The translations under genes were made by a program, and so were the position numbers. Below, in pieces: positions 47,375-56,639 of a stretch of 64,000 bases of DNA (positions within the stretch are counted from its first letter, which is position 1; every line of letters starts with the position of its first letter). The stretch lies in the NCBI GenBank assembly GCA_023898525.1, contig CP060227.1:173634-237633 (forward strand). The letters are read 5' to 3'. This DNA comes from Candidatus Nomurabacteria bacterium (lineage in GTDB: Bacteria > Patescibacteriota > Minisyncoccia > Phycocordibacterales > UBA918). A model generated the notes under the pieces. It was given only the letters and a program-made list of their open reading frames with translations. It searched no databases and had not been told where the DNA came from.

Positions 47375-48829
47375 CTAGTCCGTGGTCTTTACCGCACCAT
47401 TGTCTGATTCGACTGCAGTGGTAGCCACACCAAAGTCATCTAGCAAGTTTTTTCCTGAGTCAACAACCACATCTTCATCAATTTCCAAATCGTTATTAGA
47501 AGTCTCAACAAACTCGTTGGTTGGAGCAAAGATATCCGGTCGCGGGTCACCCTCGACTTTAATAATCGCCCACGCCCCCTTATTCATACGAGCTAGAGCG
47601 TGGTCAACTAAGATGATATTACCTGGTACTTCAGCGGTAAATTCAACAATCGAAGCCCCGCCCGGCAACACCGCGGTAGTTTGGATATTTTGTAGTGGCA
47701 ATGCCCCAATTCCTCCCTCAGCATAAACTAAATCAAAAATCTCACCAATTGGATGGAACGAAGAAATTAAATTCACACCACCATTACCAACGTAAATACG
47801 CACCTTCTCTCCAGTCTTTACTTTCATACGCGGCTCCCCATCCTTTTCAATTCGTCCGTTGAAGGTCACGTAGTTTGGATTACCGTCGAGCAAAGCCTCT
47901 GAGTCAAACACCGTTAGACCCTTTTTACCCAAGGCGCCCTTAGTATATAGTTCGCCTTGTACTAAATAAAACTCTTTATCAACTGGTGGCAGACCTTCCT
48001 TTGGTTCAACCAAAATAAGTCCGTACTGGCCGTGAGAATTGTGAGTACTGACATTCGGCGAGGCGCAGTGATAGATGTATAAACCGGGATTCAAAGCTTT
48101 CCAAGAAAATTGTTTGGTTTCTCCAGGCTCCACAAACGAAAGAGTGGCTCCACCTCCTGGACCTGTAACAGCGTGTAAGTCTATATTATGCCCATGTAAA
48201 CTGGATTCATGATTGGTAATAGTCATCTCTACCGTATCGCCCTCCCTGACTCGAAGCATCGGACCCGGTACCTGCTTATTAAAAGTCCAGTAATTAAAAT
48301 ACACTTCATCAGCCACTTCTGATATTACTTCTTGGGTCACCAATGACACTTTTACCGTTTCACTCCAATCTCTATCAATTGGTGGCGGCACAGCATTTGG
48401 ATCAGCTCCAATGTCATCTACCCACTCAAAATTACTGTAGCCTTGGAAGAAATGTAAAACATTTCTAAAAGGCAAATCTGCCGTATGACCGCCCGGATGA
48501 TAACTGTGCATAAAGGCCGGCATGGCAAAGTGCGGCGGATGAGTTTCGTCACCCCACACGTAAAAAATTCCGCCAGTTATAAAAAGCGCCATGGAGATAG
48601 CCAAAGGTTTTGAATGAAAACGATAAGCCACCCTCGCTACAAAGAAAATCGAGGAGCCGATAAGTAGTAAAATGCCTATTTTTTGGAGTAATTCGTATTG
48701 AATCAACGGAAAAATTTTAAAGAAAGACAAAGCTCCCAAAAGAACCACTACCAGGACTATTGACGCAACAATTATTAAATAAAAAATAAAAGACTTTGAT
48801 CGGCCTTCATTTTGTTTTTCTTCATCCAT
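47375..48829 (-). CDS. nirK: copper-containing nitrite reductase (NirK)-like two-domain cupredoxin protein with N-terminal 3-TM extension
   Basis: SLHGHNIDLHAVTGPGGGA (NirK HNxDxH type-1/type-2 Cu region) and YIYHCASPNVSTH (Cys-His Cu site); axial position appears as Gln rather than Met. Confidence 0.55.
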   Translation of the reverse strand: MDEEKQNEGRSKSFIFYLIIVASIVLVVVLLGALSFFKIFPLIQYELLQKIGILLLIGSSIFFVARVAYRFHSKPLAISMALFITGGIFYVWGDETHPPHFAMPAFMHSYHPGGHTADLPFRNVLHFFQGYSNFEWVDDIGADPNAVPPPIDRDWSETVKVSLVTQEVISEVADEVYFNYWTFNKQVPGPMLRVREGDTVEMTITNHESSLHGHNIDLHAVTGPGGGATLSFVEPGETKQFSWKALNPGLYIYHCASPNVSTHNSHGQYGLILVEPKEGLPPVDKEFYLVQGELYTKGALGKKGLTVFDSEALLDGNPNYVTFNGRIEKDGEPRMKVKTGEKVRIYVGNGGVNLISSFHPIGEIFDLVYAEGGIGALPLQNIQTTAVLPGGASIVEFTAEVPGNIILVDHALARMNKGAWAIIKVEGDPRPDIFAPTNEFVETSNNDLEIDEDVVVDSGKNLLDDFGVATTAVESDNGAVKTTD

Positions 48830-48947
48830 AGGTTATTTATATGACAACTTATAAGGCAAAATGACTTGCTTTAACTAATTGTACCACCAGATAAATATTA
48901 GAGCGTGAGTTAATCACCTTTAATAAATTATTATTCTTATAAATGAT

Positions 48948-49796
48948 TTATTTAAACAATTTAGTAATATCATCAATATACTTGCCGTAGGAGCCGAAGT
49001 TATAAAAACGAGACCACAAGGCCGGTGAACCAAGGTGACTAAGATAATCGAGTAATTTAACTTTACTGCCATCGGGTAAGGTAATAATTTTCATATGCAC
49101 CTTCTCAGACACCAATTGCATCGTACATTCACCAGTCACCGGATCAAAATCATCAAGGTGATGCCAAGTATAACCTTCTGGTTTTTTTGCCAGGTCTGCC
49201 GCGGCGTTAGCCAGCTCATCGTCAACACTTCTGATTCCACTCATCTTAATTTTAATCTTTGCAAAAAAAGACTCGCCTTGATAAATAACCGGTTCTTCAA
49301 GATAGATAGTTTCAGCCAAAGAGGTATAGTCGGGAGCAAAACCACGCTTTGACGCTTTTATTTCTAAACCAAGATACTCACGAGCTTTTTCTACATCAAA
49401 TAACCAACCTTCGTCCTCTAATTCTCTGATTATTTCTCTTATGTATCGTTTCTTGGTCGCTCGTGACAGTCGATAAACGTTCATAAAATTCTCTAGTTGA
49501 GCTTTGGTACCACGACAAAGCATCTCGCCCGCTTCGGTGAAAAGATCGATTCCACCAGAAAACCTTCCCCGATAAACAACCAATCGATAAGCCATCTTAG
49601 TTTCTTTCATGAAAGCCACTGACTCATCTCCAATCGTTCGGAATAATGCAATTGAATTTTCACCGAAAGAATCCATTCCGATAGCCATCACATCTTCCAT
49701 GTAGGCTGGGATATTTTTTGCATATACAAAAACATCTTTAAAGCGCGCTCGCCCATTATCAACAACACCGTAGATGAATTCAATACAAAAAGACAT
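48948..49796 (-). CDS. protein with C-terminal Tox-WHH (HNH/EndoVII-fold) predicted nuclease domain
   Basis: GYTWHHLDDFDPVTGECTMQLVSEKVH matches the WHH toxin-nuclease signature (YTWHH...MQLV...H); N-terminal 200 aa unassigned. Confidence 0.45.
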   Translation of the reverse strand: MSFCIEFIYGVVDNGRARFKDVFVYAKNIPAYMEDVMAIGMDSFGENSIALFRTIGDESVAFMKETKMAYRLVVYRGRFSGGIDLFTEAGEMLCRGTKAQLENFMNVYRLSRATKKRYIREIIRELEDEGWLFDVEKAREYLGLEIKASKRGFAPDYTSLAETIYLEEPVIYQGESFFAKIKIKMSGIRSVDDELANAAADLAKKPEGYTWHHLDDFDPVTGECTMQLVSEKVHMKIITLPDGSKVKLLDYLSHLGSPALWSRFYNFGSYGKYIDDITKLFK

Positions 49797-49798
49797 AA

Positions 49799-51547
49799 TC
49801 AGGTACGTATCTTACAAATAGCACAACCGTCTTCAGCTGTTTTAACCAAAGCCATACCAATATCATCCAGCCAAGATTTTAGTTTGCTACTGGTTGTACC
49901 AATCTTGCCGGCAACCTCTGCAATATACTCCATACCCAAAGTAGCTGCTTTTTCAATGACCAAGAAGATTTCACGAATAGCAGTACGAATCGCTGCTCTG
50001 CCACCTCTTAGGACACTGATGATTTTTCTAATAATTGGCAGTATGGTTTCAATAGAAAATTTAGTAATTCCACCTAGAACTGTATTGATTGAAGCTTTCA
50101 AAAAAGCTAGCACATCCTCTCCTATCTTACCCATCTTGGTGAGAAGCGAACTTACGCTACTCATACCACCGGAAGAAATAAGACCTACCACCAATTCCAC
50201 TATAAAACCAACAATCGCGCCGACCATATACGCTACTTTATCAAGCGTGATATCAGCAGTAAGAGCACTGAGATTGAAACTACTAACTTCTTCTACAATA
50301 GTATCTATCGCCTCGCTAAATATTCCGGAAATATCTGCACTTAAAACCGTCTGCACCATTTCATCAAGTATCTCTAGAGCTTCTGGTATTACCGTCGCGG
50401 CATTTTTAATCGCTTCCCCCGCCGCTCCTAGAGCGACAAAGATCCAACCAAGAAGATCGATAAGTCCAAGTACCGCTTCAACCAAAGCATTCCAAAGACC
50501 ACAAAAATAAGCGTTAATAGCACTAATTACTTGCTCACCAACATCAGCCAAAGCTCCGACCGCCGCCTCAACCTTAGCGGTCAATTCGGCGGCAAAGATA
50601 TCTACCTTGGCAAACACGCTATCTAAAATATAAGTGATATCTTCAGATTGCACCAAAACTGCAGCGTATGATTTTGACATAGCGGTCCGAACATATGACT
50701 CTAAATCTCGTTTACGACTATCAATCTCAGCTCTAATGGTACGACTAATATCTTCAATTAAATCTTCGGATAAAGATTCAAAGGAATTAACAGCTAGGTT
50801 TGAGTAGTGAGTAAGAATCGGCGAATAACCAGCCTTGCTTGAATCCCAATGCTTTTCTTTAAACTTGACCTTATCTCGCAGAAACTCGGTAACCGCTAAA
50901 ATACCGTCTCCAACAAGGGAGTAAGCGCCTGACAGCAGTACTGTCTGCCAGTTGAGGATCATCAAGAAAGTAGCCAAAAATTCCATTGATGGATCCTCTA
51001 TCCTACCGGTACGAATCAGCTCTGATATTTCTGCACCGGTAAAATCAAGACTGTATCCTTGGTCATTTTGATTTATAAGACTAATGATTTCCATTTGCTC
51101 ACCATCAAAACGAGCCGCTTTTTCCCTGAGACCTTCCAGCTCATTCTTGAAATCATCACCAACCGCAATATAAGCCGTGCGTCCACTAAACAAATCCTTA
51201 CTATTATCTTCTAAGAACAAGCATATTTCATTTGACAGAGGCTCGGCGGCCGTAAAAGCCTCCTTAAGATAACCAGCATCGCGCGATACAAAGACCCACA
51301 CCTTATACTGATACTCACCCGGATCCAATGTCTTATTTCCATCTCTATCCATGAAAGCCCAAAATTCCTTAACCAATGGGGTTGATACATTTGTCTCTGC
51401 CACCAACTCAACACCACTAACTTCTTCGCTCTCAGCACTACCGAAATAATATTGTTTTATATCATCACTACCAAGACTAAAGGGCGAATCAGCCAAAGGG
51501 CTAGTGTAACGCAAGGTTGCCAGATCTTTTTCTGAGGATAAGGACAT
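49799..51547 (-). CDS. 582-aa hypothetical protein with long Ala/Ile/Val/Gly/Glu-rich amphipathic and hydrophobic helical C-terminal half
   Basis: operon partner (3-nt gap to the WHH gene, 17-nt gap to the 1126-aa gene); hydrophobic helices such as VGAIVGFIVELVVGLISSGG. Confidence 0.35.
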   Translation of the reverse strand: MSLSSEKDLATLRYTSPLADSPFSLGSDDIKQYYFGSAESEEVSGVELVAETNVSTPLVKEFWAFMDRDGNKTLDPGEYQYKVWVFVSRDAGYLKEAFTAAEPLSNEICLFLEDNSKDLFSGRTAYIAVGDDFKNELEGLREKAARFDGEQMEIISLINQNDQGYSLDFTGAEISELIRTGRIEDPSMEFLATFLMILNWQTVLLSGAYSLVGDGILAVTEFLRDKVKFKEKHWDSSKAGYSPILTHYSNLAVNSFESLSEDLIEDISRTIRAEIDSRKRDLESYVRTAMSKSYAAVLVQSEDITYILDSVFAKVDIFAAELTAKVEAAVGALADVGEQVISAINAYFCGLWNALVEAVLGLIDLLGWIFVALGAAGEAIKNAATVIPEALEILDEMVQTVLSADISGIFSEAIDTIVEEVSSFNLSALTADITLDKVAYMVGAIVGFIVELVVGLISSGGMSSVSSLLTKMGKIGEDVLAFLKASINTVLGGITKFSIETILPIIRKIISVLRGGRAAIRTAIREIFLVIEKAATLGMEYIAEVAGKIGTTSSKLKSWLDDIGMALVKTAEDGCAICKIRT

Positions 51548-51563
51548 GGGAAATTAAAATTGA

Positions 51564-54500
51564 TTATGGGTTTTCATCCGTATCGGTATCAGTGTCGACA
51601 TCTGTATCTGCATCCTCATCGGTTTCGTCGCTGCTTGACCCACCCAAGACAGAGGAAGAACCGAGCAATTGTGTGTCACCCTCGTACTTTCCACAACACG
51701 GCAAACCTTCATCATCCAGATAAACAGAATTGCCCTGAATAATGGTTAACGAAGTTGGAACCCGAGTTTGCCACTCTTCCTCAACAAAACCTTCCACCTC
51801 AGCCAACTCCTCTTCAATTGAAAGATAAAGATCATCATCAGTCTCGATTACCAAGTCTCCTCCGTTCCAGATGTCACCAGTCTCTAAATAATAATCAATC
51901 GCTGATTCAAAACCGATGCGTACCGGCACCACCACTCGCGCCATACCACTTTGCAAGAAAGCTTCAAAAGTCTCGTCTGATTCGTTCAGAGTATTTACCA
52001 AATTAGCCCAGTCACACTTACCGGCCCAGTAGTAAGGATAAAATAGATACGACATAATACTCCAATCAAAAGCTTGTTCGAAGAATTTCACATGTGATGA
52101 ATACTCTTCCCAACTTGAGCTTTGGTTTACTTGTGGCACGTTACAGTACATACTATCTTGGTAAAAATCTTGTCCCTGAGTTATTCCAAATGGGCTAGTC
52201 AACATCTCTATTGCCACTCGTTTGATCTCTCGCTGCTCAATACTACGGTATGAGCTAGACGGAATCGCCCCAGCCACCTCTTCCTCACTACTACTTAGAG
52301 CCGCTTCTTGCTCGGCCACATCACTCTCATATTCACGAAGCGCCTCTTCGTAAGCATCAAGCAGACTGTCATAAGCATCAGATTGCCAAGCTGCATACTC
52401 ATCAGGATCAATCTCACAATTCAAGGTAACATTTAAACTGTAGCTTAAAGTACGATGTCCGGAAATTGCCACCTCCACCAAGTCACCAATTGGCTCATCC
52501 ATGTTTAAGGTAAATGAATAATCCTTATGTCTATCATCATTACCGCTTCCTTTAACATCTTTTGTCCAAACCTCACTTCCAACAGTAATTCGCCAGTTGG
52601 TGCCAACATTCTTTTTTGAATCATAACGAAACGAAACACTGACATTAGCACTGGTACACTGATAGCCAGCCGGTAGAGCAACTTGCCCACCACCGGTGAA
52701 TTCGTCACCTTTATCTAAATTTGAAGCATTATATGTCTTAGAGGTCGAACTGGTTTCCGTCTCTGGAGCACTGATAGTAATACCATATTCGGCTGCTAAT
52801 TCTTCGTAGTTTGGCTCATCATAACCCTCGATATCAGATGGTCCCTTAATACCCAGATCTGCCAAAGTTGGTGGTGGAGTAATGCTGGCGATTTCTTCTT
52901 CAGTTACACCACTAGCTTCTAGCGCTTGCTGTTCTAGAGCAAATTTATAAAACTTAGCCGGTTCAGGAATCAAGAATTCTACCATCAGTCGCTTGCCGTA
53001 GTTTATAAGTCGATTAACATAAACAATATCGATCCAACGATATACACCGGTCACATGTTCGTCACCCTCACGGTTGTCATAGCCATGACGGTTGTTTTCC
53101 TCATACTCTTCAAGCATTTTGACAGTTCGTTTATAAGAGGTCTTTTGAACAATACGTTCAAGCGCGTTGTTTACCACTTCTTCAGCATAAGTCTTGGCGT
53201 CAGTGTCTGAGGTGGAAGCAGAGTTAGCAGAAGCGTAATCAAAATTACCTTCCGCCGATACAGTAACGCCCATATACTCACCAGACACACCAGCCGAGGC
53301 TCCCGCCCCAAGATCCGTCCCCTTTTCCAGCACCTTAGCAATTTCTGACTGCAACTCATTGCGTACCGTTGATGAAGTGTCGGTCTGATTTTCAACTTCA
53401 GATTCAGTTGACTCTTCAGTGGTAGTCTCAGTCGATGACAGAGTTCGAGTATGTCGCTCTTTGTACTCACGTGCCATAATATTTTCAATCCGTGATACTT
53501 CACCCGGCACATAACAACAAACCTCTTGTTCAACCTTACGGAAAATACCAATCCCGAGTCGATTAACCCCATACAATTCGGTTGATCCCTCCTCAGTTTC
53601 CTCTGTCTCTTCGGTTTCTTTAGTGCCTTTGCCAACACCAATTGAAGGTAGTTCAGGTATTATGTTTGGAATCTCGAGCTCCATTTCAGATCCATCATCG
53701 AAAATAAATTTACCGGTAAAACCAAAATTATCATCGGTTGAAGTGTCTATGTCCTTACCTGGAAAAAGTTTAAGGTTCAACAGACTATCGTCATTCTCCA
53801 CTATCTCCACCTCCTTTCCTGAAGCGACTTTTGTATTACCTTTCTTTAAACTATAAGAAACTGAGGTGGGCTTGGCCCCAACTGTGTTAGTGTTAAGAGT
53901 AAGAAAAACATCCGACCCAAGGTCATCTGCTTCGCTTATAGTTAAGTAAGAGGTAAAAGGTTTTATGTCTGCATTACCGTCATACCGCAGAGCCCCAGTA
54001 TCTCTAGCTACACTATGCAGTTCGCTCCGAGTCCGACGGATAGAGCTATTCAAGTCACTTTCCAGTGCTGTAACGGTTTTCTTTTTAGTGTTGCTGCGAT
54101 CAAAAAAATCCTTGGCGGTGGTACTTAAAGATATCTTTTTGGATACAATTTCTGATCCAACAGCCGCAATCGTAGCATCCTCATCAACCTTACTACTCAC
54201 TAAAGATACGTCATTCTTTAGAGTTTTATAAGTATTTAAACGACTTTTGCCACGCGCCATCTTTTGTGAACGACCAAAACGATCCAATATACCCCCTTTA
54301 CCAAAACCAGAACCAGCTGAGGTACTACTATCGGTTTGTCGTTCGGTCGAAAAGGCCTTTGGTATCACCACCTTAGCATTAGCCAATCGACGCAGATAGA
54401 GTTCGACCCGCTTCTCTTTTGACGGCGACTTTGGAGTCCGCGGAGTTTCTATCAACTCAACTGCCAAATCTTTAAAATCAGTTTCCTTAAAGTGGTACAA

Positions 54501-54944
54501 GAAATTATCCGCTACTAAAAGACGACTGCAAGCCTGCCTAGTGACCGGCGAGTCTCGTACAATAAGTTGATAAAAAAGGTTATCCCACACAACCCGAGCG
54601 TTCTTTGCGCTAAGACCATTTAGACCAGCCAGCTTTTTCTCTACATCAGCTAAAGTAATACTGGCTCGCCGTTTAGAAAGCCAATGCGAAAAATCATATA
54701 ATCCTGGTGCCAATTCCCGGACCTCTCGATAAGTTTTTATCGACTTGAATTTTTTAGCGGCTGACTGCAATTCTTCTCGGGCCGTCGGCAAATCATCGCT
54801 AAGGTCTTTAATGATCAAACTTTTAGCACTTAATTCAGAAGATATATAAATAAAACCCGAATCACGGCGGGCAGGGTCTAAAAGTTGAGGTGTTCTAAGG
54901 GTAAAAAAACGAAAAAGATCGCTAGTGACAGGTCGTTGTTGCAT
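51564..54944 (-). CDS. 1126-aa hypothetical protein with acidic DTDVDTDTDTDENP C-terminal tail
   Basis: long uninterrupted ORF with no recognisable motif, first gene of the three-gene operon. Confidence 0.4.
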   Translation of the reverse strand: MQQRPVTSDLFRFFTLRTPQLLDPARRDSGFIYISSELSAKSLIIKDLSDDLPTAREELQSAAKKFKSIKTYREVRELAPGLYDFSHWLSKRRASITLADVEKKLAGLNGLSAKNARVVWDNLFYQLIVRDSPVTRQACSRLLVADNFLYHFKETDFKDLAVELIETPRTPKSPSKEKRVELYLRRLANAKVVIPKAFSTERQTDSSTSAGSGFGKGGILDRFGRSQKMARGKSRLNTYKTLKNDVSLVSSKVDEDATIAAVGSEIVSKKISLSTTAKDFFDRSNTKKKTVTALESDLNSSIRRTRSELHSVARDTGALRYDGNADIKPFTSYLTISEADDLGSDVFLTLNTNTVGAKPTSVSYSLKKGNTKVASGKEVEIVENDDSLLNLKLFPGKDIDTSTDDNFGFTGKFIFDDGSEMELEIPNIIPELPSIGVGKGTKETEETEETEEGSTELYGVNRLGIGIFRKVEQEVCCYVPGEVSRIENIMAREYKERHTRTLSSTETTTEESTESEVENQTDTSSTVRNELQSEIAKVLEKGTDLGAGASAGVSGEYMGVTVSAEGNFDYASANSASTSDTDAKTYAEEVVNNALERIVQKTSYKRTVKMLEEYEENNRHGYDNREGDEHVTGVYRWIDIVYVNRLINYGKRLMVEFLIPEPAKFYKFALEQQALEASGVTEEEIASITPPPTLADLGIKGPSDIEGYDEPNYEELAAEYGITISAPETETSSTSKTYNASNLDKGDEFTGGGQVALPAGYQCTSANVSVSFRYDSKKNVGTNWRITVGSEVWTKDVKGSGNDDRHKDYSFTLNMDEPIGDLVEVAISGHRTLSYSLNVTLNCEIDPDEYAAWQSDAYDSLLDAYEEALREYESDVAEQEAALSSSEEEVAGAIPSSSYRSIEQREIKRVAIEMLTSPFGITQGQDFYQDSMYCNVPQVNQSSSWEEYSSHVKFFEQAFDWSIMSYLFYPYYWAGKCDWANLVNTLNESDETFEAFLQSGMARVVVPVRIGFESAIDYYLETGDIWNGGDLVIETDDDLYLSIEEELAEVEGFVEEEWQTRVPTSLTIIQGNSVYLDDEGLPCCGKYEGDTQLLGSSSVLGGSSSDETDEDADTDVDTDTDTDENP

Positions 54945-55202
54945 GAGTTGTGCTTATTAAATTAAAACTTTTAATTGCGTTCAACCATGCCACCAAGCCC
55001 CCCACTACCGTTGCGCATTACTGGTTAGTATAGCCAGACATCTTTAAGCATGCAAAAAAAATCTGTGGAAGCGCACATTCACTACTTCAATAATCCACCT
55101 TATTTAATTTTTACCCACACTAAACATGTATAATAAATAAATATTTACCACACATACCTTCTTGTATAGGATTGGTAAAATTATTTTTAATATTAAATTG
55201 TT

Positions 55203-55619
55203 ATGTCAAATTTAAAGAAATGGATTTTGTATATCCCGGCTTTAATCTTAGTATTTATTTACGCTGGACACGCTTGGGGTGGACTCATGCAAGACCCGGA
55301 GTTTATTGAGTTAGTAGGTACCTTAGGATTTAGTGAAGAAATAACTAAATATCTAGTTTACCTTGTATTTATATTGGATGGTGCGGTTGTTCTACTTATT
55401 CTGTTTGGTAGTCGTATCACTAACCTTTCCTGGAAATTTGTTTATCTCTGGGCTGGACTTTGGCCATGGATTCCACGCTATCTGGAAATACAAGGCGGAC
55501 ATGAGTCAGAGTGGGGTGAGGCTTTGTTTATAACCATACTAGCTTTCATCGCTTACAAGCTCCACACCACCAAAAACATAAAATTGTTCCCAAAGAAAGA
55601 ACAATACTTGTACCAGTAA
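55203..55619 (+). CDS. membrane protein (138 aa, 4 TM)
   Basis: hydrophobic ORF followed by an intrinsic terminator. Confidence 0.3.
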   Translation: MSNLKKWILYIPALILVFIYAGHAWGGLMQDPEFIELVGTLGFSEEITKYLVYLVFILDGAVVLLILFGSRITNLSWKFVYLWAGLWPWIPRYLEIQGGHESEWGEALFITILAFIAYKLHTTKNIKLFPKKEQYLYQ

Positions 55620-55629
55620 AACTCGCAAC

Positions 55630-55662
55630 AAAAAGCCGCCTTTCATGAAAGGCGGCTTTTTG
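55630..55662 (+). terminator. intrinsic terminator AGCCGCCTTTCATGAAAGGCGGCT + T-run
   Basis: perfect 10-bp stem, U-tract. Confidence 0.65.
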
Positions 55663-55705
55663 TATGTTATATTTATTACGTTATTTATATAAAAGCTAAA
55701 TATCT

Positions 55706-55906
55706 ATGAAAACTCTAAAATGTGATTTATGCGAACACGAAGCTCAAGGCGAAACTTTTGAGGAGTGGATGGAAGCTCTAAAACCTCACTATGCAGAAGC
55801 TCACGCTGATTTTATGCAGCAACAAGGAAACAGGACCGAGGAAGAACAGAAGGCAGAAATGCAAAAATGGATGACGGAAAATAAAGCTAGGTTTGAGGCT
55901 GCTTAG
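55706..55906 (+). CDS. small Cys/His-containing protein (66 aa), possibly DUF1059-like
   Basis: MKTLKCDLCEHEAQGETFEEWMEALKPHYAEAH; weak family guess. Confidence 0.3.
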   Translation: MKTLKCDLCEHEAQGETFEEWMEALKPHYAEAHADFMQQQGNRTEEEQKAEMQKWMTENKARFEAA

Positions 55907-55914
55907 AAACCGTC

Positions 55915-55950
55915 TAAAACCCCTCAAAATTGAGGGGTTTATTATTTTTA
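55915..55950. terminator. bidirectional terminator AAACCCCTCAAAATTGAGGGGTTT + AT-rich run
   Basis: hairpin between convergent genes. Confidence 0.6.
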
Positions 55951-56568
55951 TTTTATCCTCTCATACTTACCCATCAAAACAGCACTTTCTATCGCTGACT
56001 CTTTGGCTATTACCTCTACCTCATCAAGGGTTGGGACTTTAATAAAATTCACAATATCAGGCAATGCATAAAGTCGGAAAAAGTACCGGTGCTCACGATC
56101 TGGCGGACAAGAACCAACGTACCCGACCTCACCACGCGAAGATAAGCCTTCACTACCAACCATCTCTCCTTCCTTAATCACGGTTGTATCTGGCGGAATA
56201 TTGTACAACACCCAATGATCAAACTTCTCTATTCCCCGACTTTCCTTCACACTATCCGGAATATCTGGATCATCCATCACTAGAACCAACGATTTTGTAC
56301 CCTCTGGAACACCAGAAATGTGTAACTCAGGATTTACATTTTCACCATCACAGGTGTATCTTGCCGGAATTGACCCACCATCAGCAAAAGCTGGTGAAGT
56401 TAAAGTGAGTGCCATAGTTGTCTCATTGTTATCACTATTAATTTGACTCTTATCTTCACCCAAGCCACCATCAATCGCAACTGGTGCATGAACTGGCTTA
56501 TATAAAAGATAAGAACCGACCAAAACAACCACTAACGTGAAAATAAAAATTTTATGCAGGTTGTTCAT
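55948..56568 (-). CDS. YbhB/YbcL-family PEBP (Raf kinase inhibitor-like) protein with N-terminal signal/anchor
   Basis: ADGGSIPARYTCDGENVNP, DHWVLYNIP, HRYFFRLYAL (PEBP motifs); start moved to MNNLHKIFIF to avoid overlap with the MATE promoter region. Confidence 0.7.
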   Translation of the reverse strand: MNNLHKIFIFTLVVVLVGSYLLYKPVHAPVAIDGGLGEDKSQINSDNNETTMALTLTSPAFADGGSIPARYTCDGENVNPELHISGVPEGTKSLVLVMDDPDIPDSVKESRGIEKFDHWVLYNIPPDTTVIKEGEMVGSEGLSSRGEVGYVGSCPPDREHRYFFRLYALPDIVNFIKVPTLDEVEVIAKESAIESAVLMGKYERIK

Positions 56569-56639
56569 ATTTGAATATTTTATCACTGTCATACTACCAG
56601 TACCAGATAAATATAACGAATAATGTATACTTAAAAAAC

